This document shows, piece after piece, positions 36,839-46,899 of a DNA stretch of 64,000 bases (its first letter is position 1; each line of letters starts with the position of its first letter). The notes below the pieces were generated by a model, which worked only from the letters and a program-made list of their open reading frames with translations, made no database searches and had not been told where the DNA came from. The stretch is taken from IMG/VR virus record IMGVR_UViG_2563366947_000002; one strand, written 5' to 3'. The translations under genes and the position numbers were made by a program. Source of the stretch: a virus (taxonomy: Duplodnaviria > Heunggongvirae > Uroviricota > Caudoviricetes).

Positions 36839-36857
36839 TTTTAGATTTCTAACACAT
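36839..36857 (-). promoter_or_regulatory. putative repressor operator
   Basis: TTTTAGATTTCTAACACAT (reverse orientation of consensus). Confidence 0.45.
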
Positions 36858-38065
36858 TATTTCCCGTAAAGATCTTCTACACCCCCATTCTTCTTATCCC
36901 ATTCGTTCGCCCATACCCGGCAAGCGTCAATGATTTCCTGACGACGATCTCCTTGCATGAACGGAATGCTTTCATGGAAACAGCTTGGAATGCAGGCCAC
37001 ACTGAATACAGTATCAAACTCCGTCTGCTTGATTGCCTCCAGCGTCTCCGGACGCATTTTTAATTCATCGATTGGCGCATCCTTTGAGTCCATAATCCGG
37101 CGATATAAGCGCGGAAAATCCGTCTCCAGGTACGCCATAATTTTATCTGCGAGACATTCGTCTATGTCGGTATTCCAGTCCTTTTCGAAGCCCGGCAGGC
37201 GATAGTAAAGCGGCGTTCCCCATACCGATGGGATCACATCCATCGTTAACAGGCGATTGGTTCTGATTTGTTGATGGTAATTAGCCGTCAGCAGTGCTTC
37301 GCCACGCTGCCCAGTTTCCGCAACCAGGCCGTGCGGATACTCATGGATGTAGGCAATGGCATCCCTTCCGTCATACATAAGTGGAAATGTCTCTGGTCTT
37401 TGTCCCATGCCACAAGCACGGTTCAGATCGTGACCAAGCTGTGAGCACTCTCGCTTTAATGTTTCGATAATGCTCTGCGCTGTAGCCAACTTTTTACGCA
37501 GTGTGACGCCTTCGCCTTGATAATCAATGCATTGCTGATTGAGCTTGGTTAAACGCTCTTTTAGTTCCCGGCGCTCTCTTTTCAGCGTGCGGTTATCCTT
37601 CTCCGCAACATCCAGCCGCTTTGTCAGGGTGGGCGGATAGTCTTTTTTGTAACGGTTCAAATCGGCTTCAGCAGATTTACGCAGTGTATTTGCCTGTTCA
37701 AGACGCGCTTCCAGATTGCCGATCTCATTACGCATATTCGTGGCAAATTGATTAACTGCATCACCCAGGCTTTCAACTGTCGCTGATACGCCTGTGACTT
37801 GTGAAAAACGGATCAAGCCATCATTAACGGCTTGTTGGTATTCCTCAAACTGATCCACCAGCTTATTGTAATCAACTGCCCCATCATCAAGCAGCTTGTT
37901 GATTTCCGCCACCAGGTTATCTGTAGTGGCAATGACACTCTCGTGCAGTCGCTTTGACAGGTCATCACCAGGATTCCGTTTCTGTATAAGAGCGATTTGT
38001 GTGCGCAGCGTTTCAATTGCTGTCGAGATAATTTCCAGATTAGAAGTATCAGTGTGTTGACTCAT
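36857..38065 (-). CDS. hypothetical protein
   Basis: ORF track 36857..38080 (GTG); ATG at 38065 also possible; operator copy lies just upstream. Confidence 0.45.
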   Translation of the reverse strand: MSQHTDTSNLEIISTAIETLRTQIALIQKRNPGDDLSKRLHESVIATTDNLVAEINKLLDDGAVDYNKLVDQFEEYQQAVNDGLIRFSQVTGVSATVESLGDAVNQFATNMRNEIGNLEARLEQANTLRKSAEADLNRYKKDYPPTLTKRLDVAEKDNRTLKRERRELKERLTKLNQQCIDYQGEGVTLRKKLATAQSIIETLKRECSQLGHDLNRACGMGQRPETFPLMYDGRDAIAYIHEYPHGLVAETGQRGEALLTANYHQQIRTNRLLTMDVIPSVWGTPLYYRLPGFEKDWNTDIDECLADKIMAYLETDFPRLYRRIMDSKDAPIDELKMRPETLEAIKQTEFDTVFSVACIPSCFHESIPFMQGDRRQEIIDACRVWANEWDKKNGGVEDLYGK

Positions 38066-38086
38066 TGCTGTTCCCGTCACTTTGTT

Positions 38087-38106
38087 AAATTAGTTTTCTA
38101 ACATAT
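38087..38106 (-). promoter_or_regulatory. putative repressor operator
   Basis: AAATTAGTTTTCTAACATAT. Confidence 0.5.
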
Positions 38107-38178
38107 TTTATTAGTTTGATGACGGTATCGGAAGATGCAATAAACAAAAAACCCGCTAATTGGCGGGTTTTTATGCAA

Positions 38179-38493
38179 TTACTGTGTTGCAGCCTGATAA
38201 ATAAGATACGCGATAAATACAGGTACGATGGCCCATTGCAGCAATGAAAGTAGCCTCATTACTGTTATTGGGGTAACTCCATCCACGTATTGTTTCTCTG
38301 ACATTTTCCCTAACCAACTAACCGACAACAGTGCCGAGTTTTCACCCAATTCCAGCTCTCTGAGAGCTTCACGGATTAACGGCGCTGTCACAGCCTGAAC
38401 CGGTGTGCTCAACGTGATACTCCGCGTCCTCCCCGCATCGTCAGCGAACGCCAGACTCACATAATATTTTTTGCTCAATGTACAAACTCCCAA
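38179..38493 (-). CDS. small membrane-anchored protein
   Basis: 104-aa ORF with C-terminal hydrophobic helix. Confidence 0.35.
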   Translation of the reverse strand: MGVCTLSKKYYVSLAFADDAGRTRSITLSTPVQAVTAPLIREALRELELGENSALLSVSWLGKMSEKQYVDGVTPITVMRLLSLLQWAIVPVFIAYLIYQAATQ

Positions 38494-38675
38494 TCATCAG
38501 CGCTTGCACTTTCCGGGGTTATGTGAACCTTATCGCCAGTAACAATATTGCGAGCTTCAAAACTTCCATTGATACGTTTCGAGATCTCAATACATAGAGC
38601 CTGCTGCCATGAGCGACGACGAGCGATAGCATTAGTTCCTGCAGGGATAAGTTCTGCCACGTTATGTAAACGCAA
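38475..38675 (-). CDS. hypothetical protein
   Basis: 66-aa ORF between neighbouring genes. Confidence 0.3.
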   Translation of the reverse strand: MRLHNVAELIPAGTNAIARRRSWQQALCIEISKRINGSFEARNIVTGDKVHITPESASADDWEFVH

Positions 38676-38689
38676 AACGATTTCTCCGT

Positions 38690-39184
38690 TTAATCAAGAC
38701 AAACATACTCCGTGATAGCTTTTATGGCTTCAGCGGCACTGCGCGCCTCAAAGCAGTAGTAACCGGCTTCTGTGAGGCGAGTCATCCAGACGAGTTGTTC
38801 GGGAGTCAGGCGATTTCTCCCATGTTTCATCTCAATGCGCATTCCGTGGTATCCCCCACAAGCAAGGTCTATAGAAAGATCGGGATATCCCTTCTTTTGG
38901 CCCTCTGCCACCATTTTTATTGCCGTCCTTATGCCTCGCAGGCCACCGTTTGGAGTGGCGTGAGTATGCTCATACACATAACGCATATTGCGATACATCC
39001 AGTCCAGGACGCGAACCTGCTCGTAATGCTCATGGTTCCTTTTGATTAGATCTGGGTTTTTCTCCAGTTCTCTAAGAGCTGCGGCATGTGGGGATGTTTC
39101 AGAATATTCACTGCGACGCCTTCTCTTTCGCGCTATTTTTCTAACACACCCATTGATAGTAAATATGCGAAATAATAACAACAA
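38690..39184 (-). CDS. VRR-NUC domain nuclease-like protein
   Basis: EQVRVLDW ... GYPDLSIDLACGGYHGMRIEMKHGRNRLTPEQ pattern of VRR-NUC; TTG start in track; operator motif inside first 20 codons so true start uncertain. Confidence 0.55.
   Translation of the reverse strand: MLLLFRIFTINGCVRKIARKRRRRSEYSETSPHAAALRELEKNPDLIKRNHEHYEQVRVLDWMYRNMRYVYEHTHATPNGGLRGIRTAIKMVAEGQKKGYPDLSIDLACGGYHGMRIEMKHGRNRLTPEQLVWMTRLTEAGYYCFEARSAAEAIKAITEYVCLD
39134..39150 (-). promoter_or_regulatory. putative repressor operator
   Basis: TATTTTTCTAACACACC. Confidence 0.4.
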
Positions 39185-39320
39185 CGTTAGATTTGTAAAA
39201 CAAGAGAGATACTACTCAAGGATGGTCTATATGCAACAGGTCGGATTTGCTTTTAGAGTAAAGAGCGACCTTAATCAACAAGGAGGGTAAATCGCATGGC
39301 ATTTACCCAACCTGTTATTT

Positions 39321-39581
39321 TTAAAGGGTTATTTTATCCTGTTCGGATAATTCTTTGATTGTCTTGTCGATTGCGATCAACCAACCTTCATAGGTTAAAT
39401 CATCAACAAGTTCTACCAACTTATCATCGGTGTGAGGAAAGTATATCCAGCTCCAGTTCGCAGGGTTTTCTGCTTTTCGCAGCGTAAAAACCTTCTTGTA
39501 TCGGTGGAACTCAAGGATATACCCCTTCGATATGGAATATTCCTTTAGGTCTTCGACCGTAAACCTACGATTCTTTCGCAT
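39321..39581 (-). CDS. hypothetical protein
   Basis: 86-aa ORF. Confidence 0.35.
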   Translation of the reverse strand: MRKNRRFTVEDLKEYSISKGYILEFHRYKKVFTLRKAENPANWSWIYFPHTDDKLVELVDDLTYEGWLIAIDKTIKELSEQDKITL

Positions 39582-39583
39582 GG

Positions 39584-40018
39584 CTACCCCATAATTCGAT
39601 ATTTCTCTATAGACTCGTCGTAACTTGTGTACACGTATGGCTCTGTATCATCGGCATAAGGTGCGACTTCCAGAGCATGAACAGGATTGTATACCGCGTC
39701 ATTTTCCAGGCGATCGCTCGAATACAGATGCCCAGCCAAAACCGTAAGCGCCGGGCGACTCATTTTGTAGATCTCTGCCACATCACTATCTACCACTTGT
39801 CCAAATGATATGTCGCCGCGCTCCAGCAATAACGTTTTAAGCGCAGGCCACCACGGCCCATAAAGGTGATAAAGCTGTGGATCTCGTTTCAGCCTTTCCA
39901 CCATGCCATTCAGATATGCATCCAGAAACGCCTCTTCACTCCTGCCATTGAGCGCCTGCGGCAAAATGTCCTCAAGGTAGGATTCCGTCGGTTTTACAGT
40001 GTCAATTAATGTCGTCAT
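39584..40018 (-). CDS. hypothetical protein
   Basis: 144-aa ORF downstream of giant gene. Confidence 0.4.
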   Translation of the reverse strand: MTTLIDTVKPTESYLEDILPQALNGRSEEAFLDAYLNGMVERLKRDPQLYHLYGPWWPALKTLLLERGDISFGQVVDSDVAEIYKMSRPALTVLAGHLYSSDRLENDAVYNPVHALEVAPYADDTEPYVYTSYDESIEKYRIMG

Positions 40019-40054
40019 TCAAATTCGGCCCCGGTTGGGGCCGCTCCTTATCTG

Positions 40055-43000
40055 TTAGGCCGCATCGGCGATTATTTTACGCAGTTCATCTACCGAGTAA
40101 CGCGTAGATACCATCCATGCAGGACGGTCAAAGTTCACATCAGCAACCGGGTTTGCTTCAAAATTCCAGAAACGCCCGCCAATCTTCTTAATCGCGTCTT
40201 TGGCGTTCCGTATTGTCGAGGAACCTGGTTGGTCGGCAATGAGATAAACCGCGCCAACGTCCTCGCTGACGCTCCACCAGCGCCCGCGAACACGCGCCTT
40301 AGCGCGAATCGGCTTATCATTAACCACAATGATATAGTCATCATTCGCCGCTTCATCAGCTCTGGCTTCAGCCACTGCCGCCTGCTCTTCTCTTTTGCTT
40401 TCAGCCTGCTCAAGCCTTTCCGCGATCTCTGATTCAGTGGCCCCGCCGTTTTTCAGCGATACATAGTCCTGCCACGTTGACGATTTGAGCGTATCCGGCA
40501 ACTCATTCACATAGTCGCCGTCTTTCAACTCACGGGCGCGGCGGGTAGCCATTTCTACCAGGCGATTAACAGAAACAGCATCAGCAAAATCGTCCTTACT
40601 AATGTGTTTTTCATCAAATGCATTGATGACAGCCCCCACCTTAATCCACTGTGCTGCCGGTGATTCCAGGGGGTTATCAGCCTGAACAATGGCGAGTTTC
40701 GCTCCATCTACCCCATTATTCGCCAGCTGTTCCAATGCCGCCCATCCATCTGCATCACTGAGTGATTTATATTGCTCAAACAATGCATCGCGCCAGGCCA
40801 CCAGCGCAGAACGTGTTTTTTCGATCTTCGCCTTAATTTTCGCGATCTTGACCTGATTAAACATCCGTTCAATATCATCGATATTGCTAAAGGCTTTCAT
40901 CCTGCCCTGGAATAAACGGTATGCCAGCACGGTCCTCCAGAATGATTCCAGACCTTCTCCGGACGGTTTGCGGAACAAGCTAAGAATATCTTCAGAAGTG
41001 ACTTTATTAAGCGAACGACCTGACAGACCACGCCCAGCCATCCAGTTTTCGAACTCCTGGGCAACATCATCCATCGTTGCCTGTGCGCCCCATGCCTGCA
41101 TTCCCTGGATGTAATCATACCCATACAATGCCTGGAGGAATCCCTCGCCGTCCACGATATTCAGCGGGTTATCACTGGCTTGTATTTTTGCCACTTCACG
41201 CTTCAGCGCCTCGTCGTTGCCATCAGGATATATCCATCGCTCAGGTGCTATATCCGATGCTCGCCCGATTTTTTGGCCTATCACGCCATCATAGGCCGAT
41301 GACAGCGCGATCTGACCATCATCTGTGCGATATGCCCAGTATTTAATAGCTGACCCACCGCCCCATGCATTACCAGGTTTACCAGCAATAACATTCATTA
41401 CCCCATTGCGAATAGCATCATAGAACTGATCGCGAGTAAGTATTGTTGATAGCTGGTGGCACTGAACACCTCGCGCAGCCGTTGCGCGCGATTCAGCTAC
41501 CCCCTCTTCAAAAGTTACCGCTTCAATCACAGAGTCAAACGGCAATGTAACGATTGACCCCGGTGCTCGAGCGTAACGACTTGCTCTATCCAGCCAGGCG
41601 ATACGGCAGAGGTATTGTGCTTTTTCACCGTCAATTTTTTCCACCCGGACAATCGCTGTTGTTTCGCGATCATCAATGACTGCACGGTAATAACTACCTT
41701 TATGCAACAGGATATTCTTGTCAGTGCGCATATATTCCTGTGGGTTCTGAATAACATCGATACTGATATCCAGCACACCAGACTTAATAGCGCGCTCCAC
41801 ATCACCACGAGAGCGTTTCATTATGGTATCCGCGTCTTTTGCCCTGGTGATCGCAAACCGCAGCACCCGCGCACGTTTTCTGTAGCTACTCAACTGCTCA
41901 AGCGCGTATTTTTGCCCATTCCTGTTCGTACCCGCTTTTATCAGGTCGTCAAGATTTCGCTGGTAATACTCTATCTGTTCCATCGCGCTTTTCAGTTCTG
42001 TCTCCATCATGCCGATATCTTTTCCGGCGGCGTTTGCCGCTTTCAGGTAGATATCGAGAGCATTGTTGGCCTCGCGCTGTGCTTTCAGTTTCAGACGTTC
42101 TTCACGCTCTTGCGCCTGGCGAGCCATGATTGCGCGGCGTTCTTCCGGGTTTGCCGCCAGCATAATGGCGCGTTCATCAGCATCATCCGCATCACCATTG
42201 GCGATCTCTGACATGTCGGAGGTCATCACCATCTTGATCCAGTCTTTCTTACGTTTAAGCGTATCCAGACGGAAGTCATCGAATGTGCCTTTGCCACAAT
42301 AGTAGTGAACATTGACCTTTTCTTGCGGTGAACCTACGCGCGCACCGCGCCCATTTCGTTGGTCGATACTGGCTGGTGTCCAGGGTAGTGTCAGGTGGTG
42401 GATATCGGTTGTCCCGATGTGCAGGTTAATACCTACTTCAGCCTTCTTGTTACAGATTATGATGCGCGTGCGACCTTCGTTATAGTCGGCGGCAATACCT
42501 TCCATGCCCTCAAGGCCAGCATCATTTTTAGCGGAGAGATAATCCTCATATTGGGCAAGTTTGCTGTAGTAGGTTTCCCATGCCCCTTCTTTGTATTCAC
42601 CGTTTTTGTTTGGAGTAGGTTCGGTCGGCTTATTCACCTTCTTCAGTTTGATGCCACCAGCCTGGCTAACTGTCGTCGCATTGATAATGCCAATCTCCTG
42701 CTCCGGCATTTGCAGTGCACTGGCGATAATACGGCGCAGCTTCTGGTGCTGGGCTTTTTCATCAATAAAGACGATCTGCTTACCGTTCTTCAGACCTTCA
42801 CGAAGATTTTCGATCAGCGCGGCATACTTCGGCGGGATGGGGTGCGATACCTGCTGCATATCAATGCCGGCAGCCGCAATGGCCTTCAGTATTTCAGCTT
42901 CCAGTTCAATGCTGGCACGTATTTCAACATGCGTCGGATGTTCACTAAAAGCGGTCTTCACTACCTTGCTGGTACGCGTACTGACCAGCCCGCCAGCGCC

Positions 43001-46000
43001 GTCTTCCTCGGCCTCATCAACATCATCTGCCACTTTACCGCCAGCTACTTTTGGCAAGGCATCAGCAATAGCTTTTACCTGGTCTGCAAGCTCAACGGGG
43101 AACTGGAATGTAATCGCACTGGCATACAGATCCGGGTCTATAGCAACCTTATCCATGTCACGGATGATGGAGAAGATGAAATCATCCGGTTTGTCGTTAG
43201 TGATATGCCCGTTTTCATCGACTGTCAGCTCATCATTGCGACTTAACTCCTGAGCACGCTTACGAAGCTCTTCATAAGCAGTCTCCTGCTCCCCTGTCAT
43301 CGGGATCTGCAAGGTGTTCTCGATGATGTCGGGAATTTTAACCGTCGCTCCGACATCTGCAGCAGTCTTCAGAGTGGCCCAACGATGGAAAATACCACGC
43401 AGGCCGTCAAGGTTCTGGAAGCCCACCAGCCCCTGCTTCTCTTCCACTTCCCCGGAAATTTTCTGGACCTGAACTGTGGCTGTTTTGCCAAACACACGAA
43501 CGAAATCATCAGGCGTAATGATGCCCATACGCATCCACTCTTCCTGCGGAATGACAGTAGACAGCATGTTGAAGGCATCAATCGGACTGTTCACCAGCGG
43601 TGTTGCCGTCAGCATGACTACACCACGCCCGTTGTTGCGTTTCATCATGTACGCAGCTTTTACAGCCATGTCGCGGGCCATCTTGGATACTGCCGGGTTA
43701 GGCAAATATGCCAGTTGTCCCGCTTCACGCCCGGCATTAAAGGAGTTGCGGTAGTTATGCCCCTCGTCGGCAATCACGCTATCGAAGTTCATATCCTCAA
43801 AGTACGGGATATTTTGCTTCTTCGTTGTACCGGTATTCGCGGCCTGATCCTTAATCTTGTTCTTCTTCTGCGCATCACGGTGTTTACCGGACGCCAGGTC
43901 AAGACGCCCCATTTCCACAGCATTAAAGACAGCTTGCTGTGAGTTCTCCTCGATGGTTTTTTCTCGTAGCGGGATAGACGCGAATTGTTCTTTTGTCATG
44001 ATGACCGTTCGCCAATTTGACGACGGGATCATGTTCATACGCTGAACGATAACGGCGCTGGAGGACTCTTTCACAACATTTCTGGTAAGAGGCTGCCCGT
44101 TACTGTCGAGGCGTGGTTCGCCATTTTCATCAAGCACCGGCGCGGTCAGAATATTTCCGCTGTCATCACGAACTTCATCCAAACCGATAAACATCATATT
44201 GGCGAAGGCGTCAGCACTGTAGAAACTCTGTGCCTCGTGATACCAGTTCTGATAAACCGCCTTCGGAACAACAATACACGTGCGTTTAGTGCGACCTGTT
44301 TCGAAGTTATACGCCTCAAGCGCAAGCGCGGTCGTGGTTTTACCCAGCCCGGTACCAAATCCCATGATGCCGCGCCCATCTTCTGACAAGCGCCGAACTT
44401 CTTCATTCTGATAAGTAAGAGGAATGCGCTTTCCACTAAGCCCTTCCAGGCCAAGCGGTGCGTCAGAATGCGTGAACGGAATGAAACCATTGAATGCGTC
44501 GTTATACTCGCGGGCTATCTGATCAGCCTGCGGGTGAGTGCGTAACCAGTCGTTAAAACTAACTTCCAGTTGAGCAATTTTATCCAGGTACTCGTTAGCG
44601 TTCTGCCCACGCGGTTTAACACCGTTCAGGTAGTTTTCTAACTGGTTCAGGAAGCCGTCTTTATTGTTGGCCTTCTTGAACTCATTCCCGTTTTTGCCGT
44701 TTACGGTTCGTAGCTGATAGCCGGTAAATACCCCGTCCTTACCTTCGTAATCGTCCGGAGATACCAGAATGCCATCGACGACCTTCAGATCAGGTTCAGT
44801 GTACTTAAACTCGTCATAGCCCTGCTCTGCCAGGAACTCTTTTATCAAGCGGCGATCCAGCCAGCGGGCATTCAGATTAACGGTGACTTTATTTAGTGGC
44901 GTGAAAATACGTTTCTCTTCGATTTTCGCCAACTGACGCTCAAAGTTCGCTTTCTGCTCACCTGTTGACGCATCACGCCAGCCCATCAGCAATGCTGTTT
45001 TGGTTGCAATATCGCCGCTGGTGGCGCGGTCCATCGGCAGCAGGCAGCCATACCCATCAATAGCGATATCATCAAATTTCGCCAGGAATTCAAGGGCCGC
45101 GTCGTCGTCCTCTGGCAGTTCACCAGCAAACGCCTCACGAAAGTCTCCCAGCGTTATAGGATTAAGGGCTACATCACTGAAAAGATGTGCTATCACTTGT
45201 TCAGGACGGGTAAAGTCAATACCGGCAGCACCATCCGTTACATCAAGTCGCCCTGCCAGAAGGTCAGAAGTGGAACCATCCTGTTTCACATTGCCAGTGA
45301 ACGTCATCCAGTTTTTAGCGCCAGCTTCAGCAAGCCCATTCAGCTTAATCGCGTGCGGTGGTCCATACTTCGCAACTTCTGCTGCCGCCAGGCGGGATGC
45401 ATCTGCCAGTTTGTCATCAACGTTCGCCCCCAGGTTACGCAAATCAAGTGCCTTGTTGATCAACTGCCCTATCAGCGCACCGCGCATAACGCGCTCTCTG
45501 TCTTTTTCTCGCTGCTTGTCAGCAAAGCGAATCATTGCTGCCACTTCATCACTGACAACCGATGGATAGTCGGACGCGATCGCCGATATCTGGTCCCATG
45601 ACAAAGCCAGAATCCCGTTTGTTGACTGGAACGCGATCTGCAGATCGCCAAACGTCGAAACACCATATCGACTTACATCAAGCGCGGAGGATTTGGTTGT
45701 CGTGTCCTTAACCCATTTCAGACCATCAAACTCATGCCAGATACCGCCTACAAGGCGTTTATCGCCCACTTTCGCGCCCTGCCATGCCTGAGTAGTTACG
45801 CCGAGCAAATCCCAATTGATGCGACTATCAAAGCGACGAGATAGCGCGGTTTTCATCGACTCATTGGATACACGACCGTCTTTTTTCACTACCAGGGTAT
45901 TGCGGAAGCTGGTGCGTTCCATGTCGCCGTAAACAAATCGCTTCCCTTCGGTTGTAAACCATTTCCCTTTGAGGAAGGTATCCCAAAGGACGTTTGCCGA

Positions 46001-46891
46001 TTTGAGCGTTGCATCATCCGTGTCGGGGATCATCTCCAGGAAGGTTTCCGGGTGTTTACGCAATACCCATACGTCCACCACGGTATCTGTACCGGATTCG
46101 CTGAACGTACCAGAAGGCATACGATGTGCGCCCAAAAATTCCGCTTTACGGCTGACTTTATCGCGCAATTTTTTGTATTTCGTACCATCGGTCATGCCAT
46201 TCGGCACCACCAATACAATTAGTCCACCAGGCTTAACCTTGTCGATCGTGCGCAACACAAAGTAATTGCCAACGTTCTTCTCGTTTGCATATGCCGGATC
46301 AAGCCCGGCAACGCCGGAACGCCCTTCACCAAACGGTACGTTACCAACAGCGTGGTCATACATTGCGTCTTTCGCCGCCAGTGCCTCAAACGCCCCGATA
46401 TTCACATCGTCTTCCGGGTGCAAAAGCTGGTTTATTCGACCAGAAATCGGAGACAGTTCGGCGCTGGTCATTATCATGCCCTGCCGTTTTGTCTCCTGGA
46501 AAATACCTGTGCCCGCTGATGGTTCCAGTACGTGCCCGCCATCAATACCGTAGTCAGCAAACAGATCCCATATACCTTCAGCCATAAACTGTGGCGTGTA
46601 GTATTCGTATTGGCTGCCCTCACCATCTGTCAGGCCACCTTCACCGGTATACCCGGCAAGAATCTGACGTTGTTCGTCAGTTAATTTCGCCCCATCGAAG
46701 CCGGGCGGAAGGGAATTAAGAAGATTTACTGCGGCGTTGTTTGCTGCCCGGCGTGTTTTCTGAATACTGACGCCATCGGCTTTCCTGACGCCAAAGGTCG
46801 CAACAGCACGTAATTTATGCAACCGACTAACAATCTCAATCAGTTCGCCTAAGCTGGAGGCTTCACTGATTGAATGAAGTAGTTTGTCCAA
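40055..46891 (-). CDS. darB: giant N6-adenine methyltransferase / SF2 helicase fusion protein (DarB-like antirestriction protein)
   Basis: About 2,278 aa from TTG at 46891 (GAGGGGG SD); MTase motif I VLEPSAGTGIF and motif IV GNVPFGEG near N-terminus; helicase motifs GLGKTT, VIADEGHNYRN, MLTATPLVNSP, QRNGRGAR; ORF-track N-terminal extension to 47080 runs into the IS. Confidence 0.6.
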   Translation of the reverse strand: MDKLLHSISEASSLGELIEIVSRLHKLRAVATFGVRKADGVSIQKTRRAANNAAVNLLNSLPPGFDGAKLTDEQRQILAGYTGEGGLTDGEGSQYEYYTPQFMAEGIWDLFADYGIDGGHVLEPSAGTGIFQETKRQGMIMTSAELSPISGRINQLLHPEDDVNIGAFEALAAKDAMYDHAVGNVPFGEGRSGVAGLDPAYANEKNVGNYFVLRTIDKVKPGGLIVLVVPNGMTDGTKYKKLRDKVSRKAEFLGAHRMPSGTFSESGTDTVVDVWVLRKHPETFLEMIPDTDDATLKSANVLWDTFLKGKWFTTEGKRFVYGDMERTSFRNTLVVKKDGRVSNESMKTALSRRFDSRINWDLLGVTTQAWQGAKVGDKRLVGGIWHEFDGLKWVKDTTTKSSALDVSRYGVSTFGDLQIAFQSTNGILALSWDQISAIASDYPSVVSDEVAAMIRFADKQREKDRERVMRGALIGQLINKALDLRNLGANVDDKLADASRLAAAEVAKYGPPHAIKLNGLAEAGAKNWMTFTGNVKQDGSTSDLLAGRLDVTDGAAGIDFTRPEQVIAHLFSDVALNPITLGDFREAFAGELPEDDDAALEFLAKFDDIAIDGYGCLLPMDRATSGDIATKTALLMGWRDASTGEQKANFERQLAKIEEKRIFTPLNKVTVNLNARWLDRRLIKEFLAEQGYDEFKYTEPDLKVVDGILVSPDDYEGKDGVFTGYQLRTVNGKNGNEFKKANNKDGFLNQLENYLNGVKPRGQNANEYLDKIAQLEVSFNDWLRTHPQADQIAREYNDAFNGFIPFTHSDAPLGLEGLSGKRIPLTYQNEEVRRLSEDGRGIMGFGTGLGKTTTALALEAYNFETGRTKRTCIVVPKAVYQNWYHEAQSFYSADAFANMMFIGLDEVRDDSGNILTAPVLDENGEPRLDSNGQPLTRNVVKESSSAVIVQRMNMIPSSNWRTVIMTKEQFASIPLREKTIEENSQQAVFNAVEMGRLDLASGKHRDAQKKNKIKDQAANTGTTKKQNIPYFEDMNFDSVIADEGHNYRNSFNAGREAGQLAYLPNPAVSKMARDMAVKAAYMMKRNNGRGVVMLTATPLVNSPIDAFNMLSTVIPQEEWMRMGIITPDDFVRVFGKTATVQVQKISGEVEEKQGLVGFQNLDGLRGIFHRWATLKTAADVGATVKIPDIIENTLQIPMTGEQETAYEELRKRAQELSRNDELTVDENGHITNDKPDDFIFSIIRDMDKVAIDPDLYASAITFQFPVELADQVKAIADALPKVAGGKVADDVDEAEEDGAGGLVSTRTSKVVKTAFSEHPTHVEIRASIELEAEILKAIAAAGIDMQQVSHPIPPKYAALIENLREGLKNGKQIVFIDEKAQHQKLRRIIASALQMPEQEIGIINATTVSQAGGIKLKKVNKPTEPTPNKNGEYKEGAWETYYSKLAQYEDYLSAKNDAGLEGMEGIAADYNEGRTRIIICNKKAEVGINLHIGTTDIHHLTLPWTPASIDQRNGRGARVGSPQEKVNVHYYCGKGTFDDFRLDTLKRKKDWIKMVMTSDMSEIANGDADDADERAIMLAANPEERRAIMARQAQEREERLKLKAQREANNALDIYLKAANAAGKDIGMMETELKSAMEQIEYYQRNLDDLIKAGTNRNGQKYALEQLSSYRKRARVLRFAITRAKDADTIMKRSRGDVERAIKSGVLDISIDVIQNPQEYMRTDKNILLHKGSYYRAVIDDRETTAIVRVEKIDGEKAQYLCRIAWLDRASRYARAPGSIVTLPFDSVIEAVTFEEGVAESRATAARGVQCHQLSTILTRDQFYDAIRNGVMNVIAGKPGNAWGGGSAIKYWAYRTDDGQIALSSAYDGVIGQKIGRASDIAPERWIYPDGNDEALKREVAKIQASDNPLNIVDGEGFLQALYGYDYIQGMQAWGAQATMDDVAQEFENWMAGRGLSGRSLNKVTSEDILSLFRKPSGEGLESFWRTVLAYRLFQGRMKAFSNIDDIERMFNQVKIAKIKAKIEKTRSALVAWRDALFEQYKSLSDADGWAALEQLANNGVDGAKLAIVQADNPLESPAAQWIKVGAVINAFDEKHISKDDFADAVSVNRLVEMATRRARELKDGDYVNELPDTLKSSTWQDYVSLKNGGATESEIAERLEQAESKREEQAAVAEARADEAANDDYIIVVNDKPIRAKARVRGRWWSVSEDVGAVYLIADQPGSSTIRNAKDAIKKIGGRFWNFEANPVADVNFDRPAWMVSTRYSVDELRKIIADAA

Positions 46892-46899
46892 AGGATTAC

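Noticed and set aside
40027-40042. GGCCCC-ggtt-GGGGCC hairpin after the darB-like stop as an intrinsic terminator
   Set aside because: No T-run follows on either strand; kept only as a stem-loop
41615-43253. Plus-strand ORFs of 198, 283 and 220 aa inside the darB-like gene
   Set aside because: Entirely antisense to a long gene with clear helicase motifs; low-complexity translations typical of shadow ORFs
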